DNA from: Anaerolineae bacterium
GTDB lineage: Bacteria; Chloroflexota; Anaerolineae; S140-20
Length of the DNA: 64,000 nt
Assembly: GCA_027021705.1 (NCBI GenBank)
Contig: JALUTT010000164.1
Span: 1-64,000 of the forward strand
Reading direction: 5' to 3'
This document shows positions 1 to 8,039 of this stretch, one piece after another. The notes beneath the pieces are model-generated. The model had not been told where the DNA came from and did no database searches. It was given only the letters and a program-made list of their open reading frames with translations. The first letter of the stretch is position 1. The number at the start of each line of letters is the position of its first letter. The position numbers and the translations under genes were made by a program.

Positions 1-3000
1 GCGGCCCAGGTCGCCCAATTGCCAGCTCACGATGCCACCGGCGTAGGAGCAGGGAGCCGGCGCACAGCTCTGGAAGCTGGTGTTGGGGTCCAGCGTGTCC
101 GTCAGGAGCAGCGTATGGGCATCGGCCGGACCGACGTTGGTGAAGGTGAAGGTGTAGGTCAGGAGCCCGTCAGCGGCCACCGGGTTGGGCGCTCCCACCT
201 TACCCAGCACCAGCGATGGTGCGTCCACGCTGGAGGTCACCCAGGCGGTGGCCGAATAGGCCCCGCTGAGGGCCGAGAAGCGGGCCCGGTTGGTGATCAC
301 CGCCCCTTGGGCCAGGTGGTTGTTCACCCGGACCGTCAGGGTGACGACCGCCTGCTGATGGGCCGGCAGATCGCCGGGGTTCCAGGTCACGATCCCGGTA
401 TCGGTATCGTAGTCGCAGCGGGTCGCCGGTGCACAACTCACGAAGGTCGTATCGGCCGGCACCGCGTCGGTCAGCACCACCCCGGTGGCTTGGCCATCTC
501 CCGTGTTGCTGTAGACCAACCGGTAGGTCATCAACCCCAGCACGGGGGCTGGGTTGGGCGTCACCTCCTTGCGCAGGGCCAGCGATGGTGCATAGACCGT
601 CGTCACCGTCGAATCCTGGTTGGAGGGCGTCTCGTCGCTGTCGGCAATCACCTGTCCCAAGAGCACCGTCTTGTCCTCCAAGGGCACCGTGACCCGAACG
701 GTGACGTAGATCAACCCATCCTTGCCCGCCTCCAGGGTGGGGATCACCCAGACGTTGTTCGTCCCCGTGTAGGGAGACGGATTGGCGGAGACGAAGGTGA
801 CGTTAGCATCGTAGGTCATCGTGATACGCACGTTGTGGAGGGGCGCAGTCCCCGTGTTGCTGTACCGGACGGTGTAGACCAGGTTCAGCCCCACGTCCAC
901 CGGATCCGGGGAGTCGCTGAGGGAGACCCGTAGGTCCGGCGTCGAGGTCACCACCGTCGTCTCGGTGACCACGTGCTCCGCCAGGCGGCTCCCGCCGATG
1001 ATCACTTGGTTGGTTAAGAGGGTTCCGGAGATGAGCGAGTTGGCCACGTTGACGAAGACGTAGATGGTCCCTCCGGCACCGGGGGCCAGCGTGCTCTTCG
1101 TCCAAACGTTGTTGCCCTCATCGGGAGGCGGCCCGGCGCTGGCGAAGGTCACGTTGGCATCGTAGGTCTCCGTGATGCGCACGCTCCGGGCAGCGGCGTT
1201 GCCCACGTTGGTGTAGATGATGGTGTACATCAGGGATTCGCTGGCCCCCACCGGGTCCTCGCTATCCACCTTGCTGACAATCAGATAGGGGGCCTGGATG
1301 GTGAAAAGATCGGTAGCATCGGTGAAGCCACCGTAGGAAGCCACGATGGTCCCTGTGCCGCTGAGGATCGGCGCCGGTGTGAAGGTGGTAGAAATGCCTG
1401 GATTCGGCGCGAAGCTGCCCGAGGCCAGCACACCTGTCGCGCTCCAGGTGGCGTTGTAGTCCCGCTTGTAGTTGTTGTAGACGTCGTAGCCAGAGACGTA
1501 GGCAGTGTAGGTGTCGTAGATGGTCATTGTGTGGGTGGTAACCTCGGTCCCGCCGTTGTTGGGAGCCGTCCGAATCACAATGTGGTCCAGCGCCGCCGGC
1601 GTCACCGTCAGCACCACCGTGTCGGAAACCCCGCCGTGGGTCCCCGTCACCGTCCAGGTGGCCGCCACGGTGGGCGTCACCACGTTCCCCACAAAGCTCC
1701 CCCCACTCGCCGGCGGAATCGTGAAGACCGTCTGCGCCGTCACCTCCCCACGGCTGTTGTCGTAGACGTCAAAGGCCTCCGCCGTGTAGGTGATCCTCTC
1801 CCCCGCCGAGATCACCGCCGTCGCCGGAGAGACCACAATGTGGTCCAGCGCCGCCGGCGTCACCGTCAGCACCGCCGTGTCGGAAACCCCGCTGTGGGTC
1901 CCCGTCACCGTCCAGGTGGCCGCCACGGTGGGGGTGACCACGTTCCCCACAAAGCTCCCCCCACTCGCCGGCGGAATCGTGAAGACCGTCTGCGCCGTCA
2001 CCTCCCCACGGCTGTTGTCGTAGACATCAAAGGCCTCTGCCGTGTAGGTGATCCTCTCCCCCGCCGAGATCACCGCCGTCGCCGGAGAGACCACAATGTG
2101 GTCCAGCGCCGCCGGCGTCACCGTCAGCACCGCCGTGTCGGAAACCCCGCTGTAGGTCCCCGTCACCGTCCAGGTGGCCGCCACGGTGGGCGTCACCACG
2201 TTCCCCACGAAGCTCCCACCACTCGCTGGCGGAATCGTGAAGACCGTCTGCGCCGTCACCTCCCCACGGCTGTTGTCGTAGACATCAAAGGCCTCTGCCG
2301 TGTAGGTGATCCCCACCCCCGCAGAGATCACCGCCGTCGCCGGAGAGACCACAATGTGGTCCAGCGCCGCCGGCGTCACCGTCAGCACCGCCGTGTCGGA
2401 AACCCCGCTGTGGGTCCCCGTCACCGTCCAGGTGGCCGCAACGGTGGGGGTGACCACGTTCCCCACAAAGCTCCCCCCACTCGCCGGCGGAATCGTGAAG
2501 ACCGTCTGCGCCGTCACCTCCCCACGGCTGTTGTCGTAGACGTCAAAGGCCTCCGCCGTGTAGGTGATCCTCTTCCCCGCCGAGATCACCGCCGTCGCCG
2601 GAGAGACCACAATGTAGTTCAGCGCCGCCGGCGTCACCGTCAGCACCGCCGTGTCGGAAACCCCGCTGTAGGTCCCCGTCACCGTCCAGGTGGCCGCAAC
2701 GGTGGGGGTGACCACGTTCCCCACAAAGCTCCCCCCACTCGCCGGCGGAATCGTGAAGACCGTCTGCGCCGTCACCTCCCCACGGCTGTTGTCGTAGACA
2801 TCAAAGGCCTCCGCCGTGTAGGTGATCCCCTCCCCCGCCGAGATCACCGCCGTCGCCGGAGAGACCACAATGTGGTCCAGCGCCGCCGGCACCACGTCGA
2901 AGGTGTTGCTGGTGCCCTGCTTCCCATCTTTGCCCGTCGTCGTGATGACAATGGCGCTCTGGGCCCGGGTGATGGCCACACTGCCCGACCAGACGCCGGC

Positions 3001-4812
3001 GCTGAAGTTGCCCGTCGTCGTCGGGCTGATGGTGCTGGTGCTGTCCGTCAGCGTCGCCGTCTCCACGTAGCTGGTGACGACGTTGTTGTACTGGTCCTGA
3101 GCGGTGATGACCAGTGTGAAAGTGATCCCGGCCGTCTGGGGACTGGTGATGGGGCTGAGGGCGAAGTGGTCCAGAGGGCCGGGGGTGATGTTCACGACCG
3201 CGTAGCCGACGACGCTCCCCTGGGTGGCCGTCACCCGCCGACCGCTGGCCACCGTCGTCTGGGCCGTGAAGAGGCCGCTGCTGTTGATGGTTCCCCCGTT
3301 GGTCGCCCAGGTGGGGGTGACCGGAACAGGGTTGCCGTAGGCATCGGTGCCGTTGGCAGTGAAGGTCTGGGTATGGCCCGCCCAGACGTAGGCCGGGTCG
3401 GGCGAGACGGTGATGGTGGTCAGGGCGGCCGCCTGGACCGTGAGCGTGGCGGTGTCCACCTTCCCGTTGTGGGTCCCGGTCACCGTCCAGGTGGCGGCGG
3501 CAGTGGGGGTGACGACGTTGCCCACGAAGCTGCCCCCGCTGGCCGGCGCAATGGTGAAGGTGGTCTGGGCCGTCACGTCGCCCCGGCTGTTGTCGTAGGC
3601 GTCGAAGGCCTCGGCCGTATAGGTGGCCGGCTGCCCGGCTGTGACCGTGATGCTGTCAGGGGAGATGATGATGTAGTCGAGGGAGCCCGGTTCAACGGTG
3701 ATGAAGGCGGTGCTGGTCACGCCTCCGCCGGTGACGGTGATGGGACGGGAGGGGCCGGCATAGGTGAGGGTGATCGCTCCGGTCCACACGCCCAGGGAGA
3801 AGGACCCGGCCGGCAGCGTCGTGGGGGTGATCAGACCATCGCTGGTGGTGAGGGTGGCCGGGCCGCTGAAAGTGAGCACCGTCTGGTCGCTGGCATCCTG
3901 GGCAGTGATCACCGCGCTGAAGCCCAAACCGGCCGTGGCCGTGGGTGGCACGGCGATGGCGAAGTGGTCCAACGGCCCGCCGGTGACCGTGATCGTCCCG
4001 GTAGCGTCGGTGATGGAAGCCGAGGCCTGGGCCTGCACGCTCCCCAGGCCCGTCGTCGTCGCCTGGAAGGTCGTCGTCGGCCCCACGGTAGGCGATACGG
4101 TGCCGATCCCCCCGTTGACCGACCAGGTGACGGCCTGGCCGGCGATCAGGTTGTTGTTGGCATCGTAAGCGGCGGCGTGGAGGGCCCAACTCTCCCCCAC
4201 CAGCAGCGTCTTGTCGCCGGCCTCGCCGCCCCCGCTCTCGGTGATCACGACGGAGGCGACAGGACCCGGCACAACGATGAGGGTCGCGGTGGCGACCAGT
4301 GTGGGGGTTTGCTGAGCCGTGGCGGTGATGATGGCGGTGGTGGCGGTGATGGCGTGGAAGGTGGTGGAGATCCCGACCAGGGGGGTGATGGTACCGTTGA
4401 CGCCGGAGGGAAGCGTCCAGGTCGAGACCTCATAACCTGTGGTCACCGTGCCGCTGACACCCATCGCGTAGAGGACCAGCGACTGGCCCGAGGTGATGGT
4501 CGCGCTCACGATGGGATTGCCGCTGGCATCTTCGATGCGCAGGCCGGTCGCCCCTCCGGCGAAGAGAGGGGCCAGCGGAGGAGCCTGGACCGGTTTGGCC
4601 CTCGGCACCCACCAAGGAGGCAAGGCCGTGGGCCGGCCTCCCTGGCCCCCTAAGGAGATGGCGACCCACTGCCCCACGTCCGATGTCAACGCCGAAGCAG
4701 GCTCGGCAGCGAGGGCAGCACCGACGCCGCTGCCCAAGATGTTCAGCACCAACGTGGAAACGAGCCCAACCCGGACGATGCGAGAGACAAAGGCCAATCG
4801 CCAGTTCATCAT
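1..4812 (-). CDS. Giant secreted Ig-like repeat/DUF11 surface protein (3'-partial, >1600 aa; absent from ORF track)
   Basis: The minus strand reads GGAGGGGGT-ATG ATG AAC TGG at 4812, giving MMNWRLAFVSRIVRVGLVSTLVLNILGSGVGAALAAEP (signal peptide). I saw no stop before the window edge. It has Thr/Val-rich beta-sandwich repeats (PGPLDHFAI..., PAALDHIVVSP...) and DUF11-like units near 1-1300 (SKVDSEDPVGASESLMYTIIYTNVGN). Confidence 0.9.
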   Translation of the reverse strand, partial: MMNWRLAFVSRIVRVGLVSTLVLNILGSGVGAALAAEPASALTSDVGQWVAISLGGQGGRPTALPPWWVPRAKPVQAPPLAPLFAGGATGLRIEDASGNPIVSATITSGQSLVLYAMGVSGTVTTGYEVSTWTLPSGVNGTITPLVGISTTFHAITATTAIITATAQQTPTLVATATLIVVPGPVASVVITESGGGEAGDKTLLVGESWALHAAAYDANNNLIAGQAVTWSVNGGIGTVSPTVGPTTTFQATTTGLGSVQAQASASITDATGTITVTGGPLDHFAIAVPPTATAGLGFSAVITAQDASDQTVLTFSGPATLTTSDGLITPTTLPAGSFSLGVWTGAITLTYAGPSRPITVTGGGVTSTAFITVEPGSLDYIIISPDSITVTAGQPATYTAEAFDAYDNSRGDVTAQTTFTIAPASGGSFVGNVVTPTAAATWTVTGTHNGKVDTATLTVQAAALTTITVSPDPAYVWAGHTQTFTANGTDAYGNPVPVTPTWATNGGTINSSGLFTAQTTVASGRRVTATQGSVVGYAVVNITPGPLDHFALSPITSPQTAGITFTLVITAQDQYNNVVTSYVETATLTDSTSTISPTTTGNFSAGVWSGSVAITRAQSAIVITTTGKDGKQGTSNTFDVVPAALDHIVVSPATAVISAGEGITYTAEAFDVYDNSRGEVTAQTVFTIPPASGGSFVGNVVTPTVAATWTVTGTYSGVSDTAVLTVTPAALNYIVVSPATAVISAGKRITYTAEAFDVYDNSRGEVTAQTVFTIPPASGGSFVGNVVTPTVAATWTVTGTHSGVSDTAVLTVTPAALDHIVVSPATAVISAGVGITYTAEAFDVYDNSRGEVTAQTVFTIPPASGGSFVGNVVTPTVAATWTVTGTYSGVSDTAVLTVTPAALDHIVVSPATAVISAGERITYTAEAFDVYDNSRGEVTAQTVFTIPPASGGSFVGNVVTPTVAATWTVTGTHSGVSDTAVLTVTPAALDHIVVSPATAVISAGERITYTAEAFDVYDNSRGEVTAQTVFTIPPASGGSFVGNVVTPTVAATWTVTGTHGGVSDTVVLTVTPAALDHIVIRTAPNNGGTEVTTHTMTIYDTYTAYVSGYDVYNNYKRDYNATWSATGVLASGSFAPNPGISTTFTPAPILSGTGTIVASYGGFTDATDLFTIQAPYLIVSKVDSEDPVGASESLMYTIIYTNVGNAAARSVRITETYDANVTFASAGPPPDEGNNVWTKSTLAPGAGGTIYVFVNVANSLISGTLLTNQVIIGGSRLAEHVVTETTVVTSTPDLRVSLSDSPDPVDVGLNLVYTVRYSNTGTAPLHNVRITMTYDANVTFVSANPSPYTGTNNVWVIPTLEAGKDGLIYVTVRVTVPLEDKTVLLGQVIADSDETPSNQDSTVTTVYAPSLALRKEVTPNPAPVLGLMTYRLVYSNTGDGQATGVVLTDAVPADTTFVSCAPATRCDYDTDTGIVTWNPGDLPAHQQAVVTLTVRVNNHLAQGAVITNRARFSALSGAYSATAWVTSSVDAPSLVLGKVGAPNPVAADGLLTYTFTFTNVGPADAHTLLLTDTLDPNTSFQSCAPAPCSYAGGIVSWQLGDLGR
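1576..2890. repeat. Tandem 258-bp (86-aa) coding repeats, 5 full copies plus a partial one; diverged sixth copy at ~3430-3680
   Basis: The anchor CACAATGT(G/A)GT recurs at 1576, 1834, 2092, 2350, 2608 and 2866, exactly 258 bp apart, with few substitutions between units. Confidence 0.95.
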
Positions 4813-4850
4813 ACCCCCCTCCCGTCGGACTACCCAGAGATCCTCTTCCC

Positions 4851-4859
4851 ATTGTACCA
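4851..4859 (-). promoter_or_regulatory. Possible extended -10 (TGGTACAAT) for the giant surface-protein gene
   Basis: TGnTACAAT on the minus strand ~40 bp upstream of the ATG. No good -35. Confidence 0.4.
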
Positions 4860-5044
4860 CAACTTCCCCAACGCCACTGTTAGAGAGAAGTTAAAAAGCT
4901 GTCTGAAAAGGTTTAGCCGGAGCCAACTTATCCACAAGGCGTGAAAAGGAAAGCGCGATGCACACCCACAGTGCATCGCCTCCCTACGGGGCACCAGACA
5001 CCTCCAGGGCGCGGTAAAGGCAACGAGTCCGGCAATCACTCCAG

Positions 5045-6004
5045 CTATCCGTCAGGAGGCCGCTCCAGAGCCCACAGATGGGTGAAGACCAGGGCCAGTT
5101 TTCCCGTCTCGCCCCGCTCCAACGCCCAGGCATTGGCCGTCTCGAAGTCCCGATGGAGGTCTTCGAGCATCTGCAATTGCAGCTCGGCCGGCTCGGCTGA
5201 GAAGATCACGATGAGCGTCGTGTGCCGCCCTGGGATGAAGCAGAGCCATCGCCCCCCCTCGATCTCCGTGCGTTTCATCCCTGCGCCGAAGACCTCCTGG
5301 GTGAGGCTGCGGAAGCTGCTGAGCATTGGGACCAGGAGCCCTGTATCCACCTGGAACTTCCCGACCTCTGCCAGGGGGACGCCGCTGGCCGTTTCGTAGA
5401 TGGCGTAGCTAAGGATGCGGGCGGCGTGCTGCTGTCGGAGGAAAGTCGTCCTGCCCTCCACAGCCACAGCCCGCCACGCCCCGGAGCCCGGCATCTCGAT
5501 CAGCGCCTGTTCGATGGCCTGCCGCTGCCGTTGATAGTGGCTGTAGATCTCTTGGAATTGCCGCCGGTTGATGCGCCCCTCGGCGAACTCTTGGACGATC
5601 CGCACCGTCTTCTCCCGCAGCCGGCGGAGGAACTGCCGGGCCTCGGCAGGGGTCGCGGGCATCTTCGTCGCCTCGGAGGTATCCGGTGTAGGCCGAGAGG
5701 GCGAGGAAACCGGCGGGACGGTGAAAGGGGGTACCGATGTCGAGGAGGATGGACGAGGTGAACGCGGCGGGTGAGAGGACGGACGATGCGGAGGCTTCGT
5801 CCTCGTTGGAGGGGAAGGTGGTCTTGGTTGGCCGAAGGAAGAAGGGCCGGAGACCGAGGGGACCGCCGAAGCGGCTCTCAGAGTAGGTTGTGCTTTGGGT
5901 CGCGTCTCAGCCGTCGTCGGTTGTTCTGCCGTCTGAGCTTGTTCCTGAGGTCGCTTTTTCCGCCAGCTTTTGAGGATCCGTCGAAATCGGTCTGTATCTC
6001 CCAC
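5045..6004 (-). CDS. Hypothetical protein: Pro/Ser-rich disordered N-terminus, helical hairpin, C-terminal longin/roadblock-like domain
   Basis: 319-aa ORF with GTG start and a GGGGGA RBS, downstream of a consensus promoter. The C-terminal pattern ILSYAIYETASGVPL...VDTGLLVPMLSSFRSLTQEVFGAGMKRTEIEGGRWLCF resembles longin/roadblock folds. Confidence 0.75.
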   Translation of the reverse strand: MGDTDRFRRILKSWRKKRPQEQAQTAEQPTTAETRPKAQPTLRAASAVPSVSGPSSFGQPRPPSPPTRTKPPHRPSSHPPRSPRPSSSTSVPPFTVPPVSSPSRPTPDTSEATKMPATPAEARQFLRRLREKTVRIVQEFAEGRINRRQFQEIYSHYQRQRQAIEQALIEMPGSGAWRAVAVEGRTTFLRQQHAARILSYAIYETASGVPLAEVGKFQVDTGLLVPMLSSFRSLTQEVFGAGMKRTEIEGGRWLCFIPGRHTTLIVIFSAEPAELQLQMLEDLHRDFETANAWALERGETGKLALVFTHLWALERPPDG

Positions 6005-6065
6005 AGTCCCCCCTTATCTCGACGCACGTTGCCTGTTTCCGATGAAGGTCTGACATCCCAACACC

Positions 6066-6094
6066 ATTCTAACATAGTCGAGGAGGGCTGTCAA
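6066..6094 (-). promoter_or_regulatory. sigma70-type promoter TTGACA-N17-TAGAAT with TGn extension
   Basis: The minus strand reads TTGACA gccctcctcgactatgt TAGAAT, ~60 bp upstream of the 6004 start. Confidence 0.8.
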
Positions 6095-6110
6095 CAAGGA
6101 GAACCCGGCG

Positions 6111-6131
6111 TTGGACCAAAAGTTGACCAAA
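6111..6131 (-). promoter_or_regulatory. Putative operator: direct repeat TTGGTCAA-N3-TTGGTCCA
   Basis: 11-bp period. A matching element lies at 12679-12699 after the paralogue. This copy is just upstream of the -35 at 6089-6094. Confidence 0.5.
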
Positions 6132-6142
6132 TGGCCCTATCC

Positions 6143-7699
6143 TCAACCGTTGCCCTCTCGCGCCTGGAGCTCCGCCTGCCAGATGATCCTCGCCAGCCGC
6201 TCCCGAGCCGCCTTCAGATAGCGGGTGTAGGTGCCCCCCGTGATCGCCAACCCTAACCCCCGCAGGTAAGCCTCTACCTCCCGGCGGCTCCGGCCCTCGA
6301 TGTACTTCTGACAGAGGATCAGGTACTCTATCCACTCTGACGGAAGAGGGGTGGGAGGACCAGACCTCGTGTCGGGACAGAGCGCCTCCACCTGCCTGAC
6401 CAGGAAGCCCCGCAGGATCTCGGCCCGCTCGTGCACGGAGTTTCCCATCGGAGAGGTTCCCCAGGTCCGGGCCAGGGCCTGGAGCTCCCGCTGCACAACG
6501 GCGAGGGTGAAGAGCCGGCTCTCGGCCAAGGCTTGGTCCTTCCAGAAGGTCGCGTGGCGGAAGAGACGATGGATCTCTTGCCGGATCACCTCGTAGGAAG
6601 CGACCCGCCGGGCCTCCTGGGCGATCTGGGCGAACTCCGCCTCGGCCGTCTTCAGGGCCTGCTGGGGGTTGGGGGCCTTCAGGATCTCCCGCTGCAGCCG
6701 GGTGAGCCGCCGGCGGTACTCGACGAGCCAGTGGGGGAGGAGCGCCCGGTCCAGCAACACCCGCCCCCAGTCGAAGAGGGTGTGGGTGAGGATCACCAGG
6801 CCGATCAGCGAGGAGACGGCGACAGGAGGGACGGGGCGACCGCCGATCCAATGAGCGAGGTGGAAGACCAAGAGGTAAAAGAAGACAGCAACTGCTGTCC
6901 CCGTGAGGGCGTGGAGGAAATCTTCCCAGAGGATCTGGTTCCGCACCAGCGCCCCGTAGATCACGATGCCGCGCATGATCAGGACCAATCCTACCGTGCC
7001 GGTCAGGTCGCCGACCTGTTCGGGGATGGGCTTTGGCCTCCACGTGTAGGCCACGATGATCACCGTCACGGCGACGGCCAGGAACGTGCCCCCCAGCCAC
7101 ATCCACTTGAACCCCTGGCGGCGCGGCGAATCCTCCTGGCCTCCCCGGTATAGGCGGAAGAGCAATACTGCGCTGGCCCACATAATCCCAGGGTAGTAGG
7201 CTCCATACAGGTAAAAGGCTGGCTTGTTGGCTGGGATGACGAAGGGTTCGAGGAGAAAGGCTGAATAGGTGCCGCGAAAGCTCCAGATCAACTCGGTGAA
7301 GGTGCCGGCCAGGGCGACGAAGAAGGCGTAGAGCAGGATGATAGGGAAAAGCACCTGTTCCCACAGCGGGGAGCTTTTCCAGCGGCCTTCCTCGACGCCT
7401 AAGAAGATGATGATGCGCAGCCAGAGGGCGCCGGTGATGGGCATACCCCACCAGGTCATCTTACGCCAGAGGATGTACTTCTCAACCGTCGGCATCGTGC
7501 TTCGGATGGCCACGCCGAACATGAAAAGCGCCACTAGTCCCATCGTTGTACCGGCCCACAGGGACGGTGAGTGCCACCACCAAGGGGATCGGGTCTCCCC
7601 CCGGCGGGCCGGCAAGTCCCGAGTGAGAAGGTAGAGGCTGAACCAAAGGAAGAGGCCGGCCGCTATGTTCTCCAGCCAGAAGACCACCGTGTGAGCCAT
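6143..7699 (-). CDS. Membrane-anchored one-component regulator: ~8 TM sensor (HisKA_7TM-like) plus C-terminal sigma70-region-4-like HTH (copy A)
   Basis: Start moved to ATG 7699 (MAHTVVFWLEN) to match the paralogue start. Many hydrophobic helices. The C-terminus YLILCQKYIEGRSRREVEAYLRGLGLAITGGTYTRYLKAARERLA fits a sigma4-type HTH. Confidence 0.75.
   Translation of the reverse strand: MAHTVVFWLENIAAGLFLWFSLYLLTRDLPARRGETRSPWWWHSPSLWAGTTMGLVALFMFGVAIRSTMPTVEKYILWRKMTWWGMPITGALWLRIIIFLGVEEGRWKSSPLWEQVLFPIILLYAFFVALAGTFTELIWSFRGTYSAFLLEPFVIPANKPAFYLYGAYYPGIMWASAVLLFRLYRGGQEDSPRRQGFKWMWLGGTFLAVAVTVIIVAYTWRPKPIPEQVGDLTGTVGLVLIMRGIVIYGALVRNQILWEDFLHALTGTAVAVFFYLLVFHLAHWIGGRPVPPVAVSSLIGLVILTHTLFDWGRVLLDRALLPHWLVEYRRRLTRLQREILKAPNPQQALKTAEAEFAQIAQEARRVASYEVIRQEIHRLFRHATFWKDQALAESRLFTLAVVQRELQALARTWGTSPMGNSVHERAEILRGFLVRQVEALCPDTRSGPPTPLPSEWIEYLILCQKYIEGRSRREVEAYLRGLGLAITGGTYTRYLKAARERLARIIWQAELQAREGNG
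6146..6976. repeat. Inverted repeat arm 1 (partner 11833-12663)
   Basis: The reverse complement matches 11833-12663. The core 6419-6822 vs 11987-12390 looks identical by eye. Confidence 0.9.
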
Positions 7700-8039
7700 C
7701 TCTGGCTCTCTCCGTTGGCGGATCAGGTGCAGGGCAAGTTTCAGAACTGGACTTCGGCGAGTCTCCTCTACGGAGAGGAGCTGAAAACCCGCGCTCTGGG
7801 TGCGGAGGTGAGCGTGGTACGGGGAGTGCGGCGGAGGTACGATCTGCGGGTACAACGCCATCCTATCACGGAGCGAAAACCGATGCCATTAGAATTTGGT
7901 AAGATATTGGTTGGAATTCGGTTAGAGGCGAACAGAGAGGTGGCGGGAAACGGCACGAAAACGGCCCGGACCGAGGGTCCGGGCCCAGAGGATTCCAAGG
8001 CCGGAGAGCGTCGGCGAAAGCGATGAGCACGCCGGCAGC

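Noticed and set aside
1576..2890. Possible CRISPR array
   Set aside because: The units are contiguous in-frame coding repeats with no unique spacers, and no cas genes are seen.
1531..4653. 1040-aa plus-strand ORF (also 19..933)
   Set aside because: Arg/His-rich antisense shadow of the real minus-strand adhesin gene.
4928..4936. Perfect DnaA box TTATCCACA
   Set aside because: Single copy with no cluster or dnaA/dnaN context, so it does not support an origin.
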